This document shows positions 7,546-14,449 of a DNA stretch of 20,000 nucleotides, in pieces. The stretch lies in IMG/VR virus record IMGVR_UViG_3300047319_000243; one strand, 5' to 3'. The translations under genes and the position numbers were made by a program. The stretch is from an uncultured virus (IMG/VR IMGVR_UViG_3300047319_000243). Its lineage: Duplodnaviria > Heunggongvirae > Uroviricota > Caudoviricetes. Below the pieces are notes generated by a model. It worked only from the letters and a program-made list of their open reading frames with translations, was not told the origin of the DNA and did no database searches. Each line of letters opens with the position of its first letter. Within the stretch, counting starts at the first letter, position 1.

Positions 7546-7574
7546 GGACAATCGGAGGCCAACTCCGATTGTCC
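7546..7574 (+). repeat. 29-bp palindromic element, copy 5 (GGACAATCGGAG gccaa CTCCGATTGTCC)
   Basis: Both arms carry reciprocal (compensatory) substitutions, so the palindrome stays perfect. Confidence 0.93.
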
Positions 7575-7614
7575 GCTGTCACATCCAACGTGCAAAACGC
7601 GGTACGCACGAGCC

Positions 7615-7643
7615 GGACAAACGGAGGGCAACTCCGAATGTCC
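7615..7643 (+). repeat. 29-bp palindromic element, copy 6 (loop ggcaa; right arm CTCCGAATGTCC)
   Basis: Followed by AACGAG...AAGGAG and the ATG at 7673. Confidence 0.93.
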
Positions 7644-7672
7644 GAACACAAACGAGATAGAAGGAGCAGGAC

Positions 7673-8128
7673 ATGAACGAATCGATCTACATTGGGTCGT
7701 GGGACGATCTCAAGCTGTTCGGGATCAACGCGCTGACGGGTGAAGCGTGTGCATATGGGCGGCGTCTGCTGTGCGACGTGAACGAGGATGGCGCGGCGCT
7801 CATGCTCGACTATCTCGGCGTGACGATGCTGAGCAAGAACTGGAACAGCACGGTGGCAGGTAAGCCGGCGGTGGCCAGCGTCATGCTGCATCGCGACTCG
7901 TGCTTGCAGATCGCCGAGTTCGCATTGACGCGAGCGGGGGCGATCGCGATCCTGTATCGCAACGACGGCACCATGTCTGGCCTGTTCTCGCAGGAGTTGC
8001 TGAACAGCTATCAGCGCATGATGGCCGACAACGCGCCGGAAGGGTGGAAGCTGCTCACGCTGATTCGATCGAACGCGCCGCAGGAAGGCTCGCGCAACGT
8101 GCACCAGTTCAGCGGCCGGAGCGTATGA
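7673..8128 (+). CDS. Hypothetical phage protein (151 aa)
   Basis: AAGGAG RBS; first gene after copy 6. Confidence 0.8.
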   Translation: MNESIYIGSWDDLKLFGINALTGEACAYGRRLLCDVNEDGAALMLDYLGVTMLSKNWNSTVAGKPAVASVMLHRDSCLQIAEFALTRAGAIAILYRNDGTMSGLFSQELLNSYQRMMADNAPEGWKLLTLIRSNAPQEGSRNVHQFSGRSV

Positions 8129-8131
8129 GCC

Positions 8132-8383
8132 ATGGTTGTCAGCAAGCGAGCACACGTGAACGTCGTGGCCGAGCGGCGCGATGCCGGCCAGCGCTACGTC
8201 TATCTGCAGATATCGAACGGCCTCACGTTCGAGTGGATACACGGGACGCAGGTTGTACGCACGAAGAAGTACCCGGAGCTTTCCAGTCCGATGCGAACGC
8301 AGTTTGTAATCACGAAAGACAACCCGAGCATGCGCGACGTGAAAGACGCGTGCATGAACTACGCCAACGGCGTGCCGTACTAG
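8132..8383 (+). CDS. Hypothetical protein (83 aa)
   Basis: Tiles between its neighbours; phage-like codon usage. Confidence 0.7.
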   Translation: MVVSKRAHVNVVAERRDAGQRYVYLQISNGLTFEWIHGTQVVRTKKYPELSSPMRTQFVITKDNPSMRDVKDACMNYANGVPY

Positions 8384-8391
8384 GAGAGAGC

Positions 8392-8520
8392 ATGAGAAAG
8401 TTCGATGCGACCGAGTATCTGGACAGCGAGGAAATGATCGCTGCGTATGTGGAAGCAGCCCGCGAGACGGGCGACCCGGAACTGATCGCCGCCGTGCTGG
8501 CGGACGTGGCCAAGCAGTAA
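8392..8520 (+). CDS. Truncated HI1420-family (addiction-module antidote) protein, N-terminal domain only (42 aa)
   Basis: MRKFDATEYLDSEEMIAAYVEAARETGDPELIAAVLADVAKQ matches FDxxxYLxSEExIxxYLxxA...D......LxDVA; AGGAG RBS; no C-terminal HTH. Confidence 0.75.
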   Translation: MRKFDATEYLDSEEMIAAYVEAARETGDPELIAAVLADVAKQ

Positions 8521-8526
8521 CCAACC

Positions 8527-8555
8527 GGACAAACGGAGGCAGCCTCCGTTTGTCC
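8527..8555 (+). repeat. 29-bp palindromic element, copy 7 (loop gcagc)
   Basis: Exact arms; preceded by AAGCAGTAACCAACC, which contains the upstream stop; followed by CAACGAGTG-AAAAGGAG. Confidence 0.95.
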
Positions 8556-8584
8556 GAACATCAACGAGTGAAAAGGAGAGCAGC

Positions 8585-9190
8585 ATGAGCAAGCGTTACC
8601 GTGATGCGTTCGCAATTCAGCAGGGCGCATGCAACCCCATCGCAATCGTCAACTCGCTGAAGTCTGCGATCGACGAACTGCGCGCCGAGAACGCAGGCAC
8701 CGACGAGATCAACGGCGACATGGCCGTGCGTGCGATGGTGCATCAGCTGGCGCACCTGACCAGCATCCAGTACTTCGATCAGACGGCATACGAGGCGATG
8801 ATGCAGCGCGTCGAGTCGGGCAAGGTGGCCGAGATCAAGGCACAGCAGGCGCTCAACGCACAGATCGACGCGGCTGTTGATGCCAATCTGCAACCCGTGT
8901 TCGGCAAGAAGGTGCCCGCTGGTTGGGACAAGATCGAAGCCGATACGCCTGTGTTCGTCAAGCGTGCGCTTGAGTCGTACCAGTACCTGCCCACGTATGC
9001 GAAGGTGGCGATCGAACGGCTCGATGCAGATAGCACGTTGCGCCGGGGCCTCATGCTCGAAACGTTGCTTGAGTCGTACGCCAAGACGTACGGCATGGAG
9101 GTGGAAGATCACATCCGTGCGTCGGCGCATCACATCTGTCTGCGTCGCTTTCCCGACTACGCGCCGTTGATCGTCAAGAGCGAGGACTGA
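8585..9190 (+). CDS. Hypothetical protein (201 aa)
   Basis: AAGGAG RBS; first gene after copy 7. Confidence 0.8.
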   Translation: MSKRYRDAFAIQQGACNPIAIVNSLKSAIDELRAENAGTDEINGDMAVRAMVHQLAHLTSIQYFDQTAYEAMMQRVESGKVAEIKAQQALNAQIDAAVDANLQPVFGKKVPAGWDKIEADTPVFVKRALESYQYLPTYAKVAIERLDADSTLRRGLMLETLLESYAKTYGMEVEDHIRASAHHICLRRFPDYAPLIVKSED

Positions 9191-9191
9191 C

Positions 9192-9767
9192 ATGAGCCGC
9201 GTCTTTGTGTATGCCCGTGTGTCGACGGTCGATCAGACGACTGACAACCAGCTGCGCGAGATCGAGGGCGCAGGGTTCAAGGTCGAGCCTCGCCGCACTG
9301 TGGCCGAGAGCATATCGGGCAGCGTGGCAGCGAACGAGAGGCCCGGGTTCAGCAAGTTGATGGATAAGCTTGAGTCGGGCGACGTGCTCGTGGTGACGAA
9401 GCTTGACCGCCTCGGCCGCAATGCCATGGATGTGCGAGCAACCGTCACGGCGCTGGCCACGATGGGCGTGCGTGTGCATTGCTTGGCGTTGGGTGGCGTC
9501 GATCTCACTAGCCCCGCGGGCAAGATGACGATGGGCGTGATCGCATCGGTCGCTGAGTTCGAACGTGATCTGCTGATCGAGCGAACGAACGCAGGCTTAG
9601 ACCGTGCACGTGCGCAAGGGGCCAAGTTCGGCCGACCGTCAGCGCTGAGTGCGACGCAGCAGGCTGAGGCACTGAAGCGGCTGAGCGCAGGCGAGAACGT
9701 GTCGCAGCTGGCACGTGAGTACAAGACGAGCCGCACAACCATACAGCGGCTGAGAGATAAGCAGTAA
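9192..9767 (+). CDS. Small serine recombinase (resolvase/invertase), PinR/PinQ-like
   Basis: YARVST catalytic Ser motif, GDVLVVTKLDRLGRN, VHCLALGGVDLTSPAGKM, AEFERDLLIERT, GRP hinge and C-terminal HTH; closely resembles E. coli PinR/PinQ. Confidence 0.95.
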   Translation: MSRVFVYARVSTVDQTTDNQLREIEGAGFKVEPRRTVAESISGSVAANERPGFSKLMDKLESGDVLVVTKLDRLGRNAMDVRATVTALATMGVRVHCLALGGVDLTSPAGKMTMGVIASVAEFERDLLIERTNAGLDRARAQGAKFGRPSALSATQQAEALKRLSAGENVSQLAREYKTSRTTIQRLRDKQ

Positions 9768-9774
9768 CCAACCC

Positions 9775-9803
9775 GGACAAACGGAGGCCGACTCCGTTTG
9801 TCC
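9775..9803 (+). repeat. 29-bp palindromic element, copy 8 (loop gccga)
   Basis: Exact arms; preceded by AAGCAGTAACCAACCC, which contains the recombinase stop; followed by CAACGAGTG-GAGAGG. Confidence 0.95.
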
Positions 9804-9825
9804 ACCAACGAGTGGAGAGGAAAGC

Positions 9826-10236
9826 ATGAGCGCATGGGTATGTAGTGAGTTGCACATCAACACGCTGGCCACGTATCTCGCGGCGCGTGAGATCGAGGTC
9901 GAGTGGCAGGGTGGCACGTTCAAGTGCATCGAACAGCCGGCGAACGTGGCCAGCATCTTGATGACCGAGAACGTGAAGTCGGTGAACTATCGCTACGACG
10001 AGAACGATATGCCGAGCATGACGTATGCACTGGCACACATCCCCGATCCGATCCCGATGTACAAGCTGATCGGCTGCTATACGTATCAGGCGTGTGAGCA
10101 TCCGGGATGGGAGCAGTCACTTGCCAAGCTGTTGTGTGATGCGGGCGAGCACCACATCGAGGCGCAGCTGGGCAAGACGCAGGATCAGATTCAGAAAACG
10201 CGTGACTGGAACGACGCACCTTGGGGGATTGACTAA
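9826..10236 (+). CDS. Hypothetical phage protein (136 aa)
   Basis: GAGG RBS; ENVKSVNYRY and CYTYQACE motifs; first gene after copy 8. Confidence 0.8.
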   Translation: MSAWVCSELHINTLATYLAAREIEVEWQGGTFKCIEQPANVASILMTENVKSVNYRYDENDMPSMTYALAHIPDPIPMYKLIGCYTYQACEHPGWEQSLAKLLCDAGEHHIEAQLGKTQDQIQKTRDWNDAPWGID

Positions 10237-10273
10237 TGAAAACCGACCGTAGTGCGTGCGTAGGGGGTGCGGC

Positions 10274-10468
10274 ATGAGCCAACAACCGGTATCGGATGGA
10301 CTGGCCGGCGACATTGCCGACTTTCTCGTAGAACTATCGCTGTGCTATAGCCGCGATGGCGAGTTCAATCACTTCACCGCGCAGATCGGCACGGTGGAAA
10401 TCCGCGAGAGAGCAATCGAACTGGCGAAGCAGTTGGGCGTCCAGTTCCCTGACGAGGACGAAGCATGA
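10274..10468 (+). CDS. Hypothetical protein (64 aa)
   Basis: ATG at 10274 after GGGGG; stop overlaps the next ATG (ATGA). Confidence 0.65.
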   Translation: MSQQPVSDGLAGDIADFLVELSLCYSRDGEFNHFTAQIGTVEIRERAIELAKQLGVQFPDEDEA

Positions 10469-10704
10469 GCACAAAGGTAAAGGTGGAACTGACGCCGCAG
10501 GGCGGCATCGATCTGGTCGAGGCGCACCTGAAGCATGAGCCGGAAGGCTTCTGGTTCAACGTCAATCAGGCTGGCCGCGTCGGCACGGGCAAGGCCGCTG
10601 AGTTGGAACTGAGCATCGGTGGTGCCGAACAGGGCACCTTCATCGTGCTGAATGCCGATGGTACGTGGAGGATGACGACAGAGGTCTACGTCGCAGTCAA
10701 CTAA
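10465..10704 (+). CDS. Hypothetical protein (79 aa)
   Basis: ATGA coupling; its stop lies in the TAAGCAGTA flank of copy 9. Confidence 0.75.
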   Translation: MSTKVKVELTPQGGIDLVEAHLKHEPEGFWFNVNQAGRVGTGKAAELELSIGGAEQGTFIVLNADGTWRMTTEVYVAVN

Positions 10705-10714
10705 GCAGTACCCC

Positions 10715-10743
10715 GGACAAACGGAGGCTGACTCCGTTTGTCC
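10715..10743 (+). repeat. 29-bp palindromic element, copy 9 (loop gctga)
   Basis: Exact arms; followed by CAACGTGTTG-AAAGGAG and the ATG at 10768. Confidence 0.95.
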
Positions 10744-10767
10744 TCAACGTGTTGAAAGGAGAGTGCC

Positions 10768-11169
10768 ATGCAGTACAAGCTCAAGCATGACTGCCCGCGT
10801 TGCGAGGGCAAGAAGGTCCAGCTGTGCGGTGTCAACGAGGTGGCGTTCAAGGGCGTTACTGCCACGTTCGAGGGTGTTTGTGTAGCGTGCGGGATGTACG
10901 TACATACACAGCGCCGGGCCGGCGTGGGCGTGATGCGCAGCTGGAGCGGCGACGGCCGCCTGCTCTACAAGTGGGTCTACAACGGCCGCATCACGAAGGT
11001 CAGCATCGCGGTGCCTTTCAGCATGATGCAGTACGGCGAGACGGAGTTCATGCTCGGCAACGTGAAGCTCAAGCTTATCCATCGCTTTCGCACCTTCACC
11101 GGTCTGCTGCCCGAGTCGTGGCTAATTGACATCAGCGGCGAAGTCGTTGACGCGGTGGAAACCCTTTAG
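10768..11169 (+). CDS. Hypothetical protein with an N-terminal CxxC...CxxC zinc ribbon (133 aa)
   Basis: CPRC and CVAC motifs; AAAGGAG RBS. Confidence 0.75.
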   Translation: MQYKLKHDCPRCEGKKVQLCGVNEVAFKGVTATFEGVCVACGMYVHTQRRAGVGVMRSWSGDGRLLYKWVYNGRITKVSIAVPFSMMQYGETEFMLGNVKLKLIHRFRTFTGLLPESWLIDISGEVVDAVETL

Positions 11170-11223
11170 TTACAAGGGATTGTACAATATGTCAGTCAAT
11201 TCTGACTGATAGGAGGTAAGAGA

Positions 11224-12702
11224 ATGGCGCAGTATGCTCCCCAAGCCCGCAAGCGAGCGGTTACTCATCGCGAGCAATCCGGGAATATCTATTGGACGCA
11301 GGCTGAGAAGAAGCAGGTAGCCGACGAAGCGTTCTATAGGTTACAGCGAGATAAGTCGTTATCCAGCATAGAAGCGATCGAGCAGGCACAGCGCAAGACG
11401 CTGCCAAAGAATCGCCAGCGTGAGGGGTTAGCGCACATCGGGTTCGCGAAGTTCAAGCCATGGATCGAGCCGTTGTGGCATGAGATCGGCGAGAAGCAGG
11501 GCAAGCAGGCGAATGCGCGGGTGCAAGCTGAGCAGCTATTCCTTACCAGTCCCCCCGAGCCGCAGCCGGCACAGGAGCCAGCTGCACCGGAACCCGAAGC
11601 ACAGAACGAGAACGAAGAAATGGCGGCGAACAACCCTCAAGAGATTCAGACCGTAGTTGGCGCGGCATTGGCGGCGGCCATGGACAAGAAAGGTGCGGAC
11701 AAGATAGCGACCAAGCCGAACCCACCGGGCAAACATGGCGGCTCACGCAAGATGCCGGAGAAGATCACCCGCTGGACGAACGACGAACGAGTATGGTTTA
11801 TCACCCGTGTCGATGCGCTACGTGCTGAGGACACGATGCTATCGCTTACTCGGGCAGCGCATCGAGCCAACGCGGAAATGCCGCCAGAGAGACAGCGCAC
11901 AAGCACCGATTGGAGTTGGGCGAACATAGCGCCGTGGGCCGACAACATGCTCAAGATCGCCAAGTCCGAACGCATGGCGCGCGAGCACAAGGCACAGCAG
12001 GATGCGGAAGCAGCGCGCCAAGCGGCTGAGTCGGCCGAGGCAAGGGCGAAGGCTGAGCAGGCTGAGATCGATGCGGCTATTGCCAACAACACCGAAGCGC
12101 TCGAAGCCCGCGAGCGAGAGATCGAGGCGCGCATCGATGCGGAGGTTGCGGCACGAGTGGCAGCAGCTGAGGCGCGTTTGCGAGAGCAGCAGGTGAGCCG
12201 CCCGCTTGAGGGGATCATCCAGCTGTTTGCGGATAGGTTTGCTGAGGTGGCGGTCAAGTCGTTTGCAGGTGCGATCAACCGAGCAGTCTCGGACCAGATG
12301 ATGGCGATGCGCATTGATGCGGCAGTGCCAACGCCGCGAGTGGCTACGCCTGTTGAGAAAGCCATTGCGCCGCCACGTGAGCGACTGCCCAAGGTGTGCG
12401 TGGTTGGGCTGATCAACCAGCAGGAGCAGGACGTGAAGCGAGCGTTCGAGGACACGATCGACTTCGTGTTCGTGAAGTCGCAGACGCAAGGCGGCAGCGG
12501 TGGGCACGGTGGCGCGGGCATGCTGGCCAAGGCGAACAGCTGCGACATCGTGGCGTGTATGACTGACTTCGTAGGTCACGACGTTGAGTGGGCAGCCAAG
12601 AAGCTGAACATCCCATACTACCGAGTCAACGGCTCTGTGTCGGGCCTCAAAAGATGGCTGACCGAGTGGCTGACTGGAGAGTATTCAGGGAACGGAGGAT
12701 AA
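11224..12702 (+). CDS. Multidomain protein: duplicated N-terminal helical domain, coiled coil, C-terminal DUF2325-like domain (492 aa)
   Basis: AGGAGG RBS. The C-terminal VCVVG...DIVACMTDFVGH...AKKLNIPY pattern is DUF2325-like; two WTxxE...RQR...PW repeats. Confidence 0.75.
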   Translation: MAQYAPQARKRAVTHREQSGNIYWTQAEKKQVADEAFYRLQRDKSLSSIEAIEQAQRKTLPKNRQREGLAHIGFAKFKPWIEPLWHEIGEKQGKQANARVQAEQLFLTSPPEPQPAQEPAAPEPEAQNENEEMAANNPQEIQTVVGAALAAAMDKKGADKIATKPNPPGKHGGSRKMPEKITRWTNDERVWFITRVDALRAEDTMLSLTRAAHRANAEMPPERQRTSTDWSWANIAPWADNMLKIAKSERMAREHKAQQDAEAARQAAESAEARAKAEQAEIDAAIANNTEALEAREREIEARIDAEVAARVAAAEARLREQQVSRPLEGIIQLFADRFAEVAVKSFAGAINRAVSDQMMAMRIDAAVPTPRVATPVEKAIAPPRERLPKVCVVGLINQQEQDVKRAFEDTIDFVFVKSQTQGGSGGHGGAGMLAKANSCDIVACMTDFVGHDVEWAAKKLNIPYYRVNGSVSGLKRWLTEWLTGEYSGNGG

Positions 12703-12820
12703 TAGTTACTGTTGTAAATCAGTGCGTTCGTCGAGTGGTCCGTGGGCGGGGCCACGCCGATAATTCAAGTTCGGTCATCGACAAATGCTGCCGTATGCAA
12801 GCGGCGAACGCACTGACCCC

Positions 12821-12849
12821 GGACAAACGGAGGCCGACTCCGAATGTCC
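12821..12849 (+). repeat. 29-bp palindromic element, copy 10 (loop gccga; right arm CTCCGAATGTCC)
   Basis: Followed by TAACGTGATG-AAAGGAG and the ATG at 12874. Confidence 0.93.
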
Positions 12850-12873
12850 TTAACGTGATGAAAGGAGATCGAC

Positions 12874-13509
12874 ATGGAAGCAGTAGCCATGGGAGAAAAG
12901 ACGGAGTTCAAGTTCAGCGAACTCTCTGAGAAAGCGAAGCAGACCGCGCGTGACTGGTATCGCGAATGCGTGTCGCAGGATTGGGAACCGGACCTCGACG
13001 ACGCCGCCACGTGCCTGAGCTATCTCGGGTTCGAGGTGAACAAGGAAAGCTACTCCACGCGAGTCGGCACACGGCAGCGCTGGGCGATCAGCTACTCGAT
13101 CGGCTACTGCCAGAGCGACTTTGCCGACTTCGCCGCTGAATGGAAGGCCGAGGCGATCGACATGGCCGGACTTCTGGCGTATGCACCGATCGACACGGAA
13201 CTCCACAAAATGTGTGCTCGTGCGATGGCGCTCATGCTGCGCCATCCGCTTGCTGTTGGTGCGGTTAGGCGGCGCAATCATGGCGGCTCCGAATGCGAGT
13301 ACGCATACCGTAACCCCGACGATGGGCAAGCTGTCGATGATGTGGACTTCGCGTTGCAGCACGATCTCGAAGCCATTGCCAAGGACATATGCGCTTGGCT
13401 GTACAAGCAGTTGAGGGATGAGTACGAGTATCAGACCAGCGACGAGCAGGTGATCGAAGGCATCGAGGCCAACGAATACGACTTCGACGAGGATGGCGAA
13501 CGCGTATGA
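12874..13509 (+). CDS. Conserved phage/ICE protein (family often annotated 'antitoxin of toxin-antitoxin stability system')
   Basis: FSELSEKAKQTARDWY N-terminus and YKQLRDEYEYQTSDEQVIEGIEANEYDFDEDG C-terminus are characteristic; I cannot verify the function behind the annotation. Confidence 0.65.
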   Translation: MEAVAMGEKTEFKFSELSEKAKQTARDWYRECVSQDWEPDLDDAATCLSYLGFEVNKESYSTRVGTRQRWAISYSIGYCQSDFADFAAEWKAEAIDMAGLLAYAPIDTELHKMCARAMALMLRHPLAVGAVRRRNHGGSECEYAYRNPDDGQAVDDVDFALQHDLEAIAKDICAWLYKQLRDEYEYQTSDEQVIEGIEANEYDFDEDGERV

Positions 13510-13784
13510 GCCGCACGTTTGTTACCGCCCGGCTCTACTGGATCAACGAGGCTGAGGGCGAGGGGCATTACGTCGACGGCGGCGAATCCATCGAGATCGT
13601 GACAGCGCCCATCGACTTCGCCACGGCTGAGGCGCATGTGCAGCTAGGCGGCGAGGCGGCGGTGTTTGATCCCAAGCAGAATGGCGCGATTGAAGTGTTC
13701 GATAGTGGGTGGGGGCCGCTGTTCTCGGGCCTGTGGGAAGGCTGTACTTTTCACGTACTTGTTAGGAGGATCGAGAGTGATTAA
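13506..13784 (+). CDS. Hypothetical protein (92 aa)
   Basis: ATGA overlap with the upstream gene. Confidence 0.7.
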   Translation: MSRTFVTARLYWINEAEGEGHYVDGGESIEIVTAPIDFATAEAHVQLGGEAAVFDPKQNGAIEVFDSGWGPLFSGLWEGCTFHVLVRRIESD

Positions 13785-14046
13785 CGCTCACAAGCTGTTC
13801 AAGAGCCTGCGTGATGCAGGCATGGACGAGAGGCAGGCCGACGCATTCGCCGCAGCGATCGACGACTTCATGCGCGAGGACATCGCGACGAAGGGTGACG
13901 TAGCGGCGGTGCGCGCTGACATCACACTGGCCGTCGAGCAGGTGAAGTCGCACACGTGGCAGACATGCCTCACCGTTTGCGGCGCGGTCGGTGTGATCCA
14001 GATCGGCGTGATCTATGCCCTGATCGAACGCCTCATTGCTAGGTAA
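13777..14046 (+). CDS. DUF1640/CCDC90-like coiled-coil membrane-anchored protein (89 aa)
   Basis: GTG at 13777 after AGGAGG; H.L.K.L..AG..E.QA.A...IATKGD...C-terminal TM helix. Confidence 0.75.
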   Translation: MINAHKLFKSLRDAGMDERQADAFAAAIDDFMREDIATKGDVAAVRADITLAVEQVKSHTWQTCLTVCGAVGVIQIGVIYALIERLIAR

Positions 14047-14052
14047 ACAGCC

Positions 14053-14376
14053 ATGATGCGAGAGGACATGATTGCCACACTCGGCGCAGACGTACACGAG
14101 TTGACGGCCAGCAAGATGTTCGAGCGCGGCGACATGGCATGGAAGTTCGCGCGCCGTGTAGTGATCCGCGCCGAGCCGGTGTCGTACCGTGCAGCGATGA
14201 CGCACCTGAAACTGGCTGAGCCGCAAGGCATGGTGGTGAAGGCGCGGCGCGGCCCCAAGGGCGGATGGATCGGTGCGACGTACACGCAAGAGATAACCCG
14301 ACCGCTGCCGAAGGGTAGCCCGTGGGCATGGTACATCGTGGTCAAGGTGGTGCCCCGTACTACCCCGCAGAAGTAG
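14053..14376 (+). CDS. Hypothetical protein (107 aa)
   Basis: AGGT RBS; tiles with its neighbours. Confidence 0.7.
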   Translation: MMREDMIATLGADVHELTASKMFERGDMAWKFARRVVIRAEPVSYRAAMTHLKLAEPQGMVVKARRGPKGGWIGATYTQEITRPLPKGSPWAWYIVVKVVPRTTPQK

Positions 14377-14400
14377 TGTCGTTTTTTGTACGTAGAATCG

Positions 14401-14429
14401 TTAGCGATTCTAACTAATGCAGTTATAAT
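14401..14429 (+). promoter_or_regulatory. Candidate sigma70 promoter (TTAGCG-17-TATAAT)
   Basis: Perfect -10 with 17-bp spacing in an AT-rich intergenic gap before the DUF3150-like gene. Confidence 0.5.
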
Positions 14430-14449
14430 TCACGTGAGGAAAGGAAACC

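Noticed and set aside
7546..7643. CRISPR mini-array (29-bp palindromic repeats with a 40-nt spacer)
   Set aside because: Only one short interval; the other intervals are 0.2-2.8 kb and mostly contain genes. The repeat is palindromic end to end, lacks a CRISPR-type 3' handle, and there are no cas genes in the window.
9192..9767. Recombinase as the prophage integrase or a transposon marker
   Set aside because: At 191 aa it lacks the large C-terminal domains of serine integrases, and no transposase or terminal inverted repeats are visible.
12788..12805. CTGCCGTAT resembling part of a type I-F CRISPR repeat (solitary repeat / RNA anti-CRISPR)
   Set aside because: Only 9 nt match; the complementary GGCAG arm and the flanking repeat sequence are missing.
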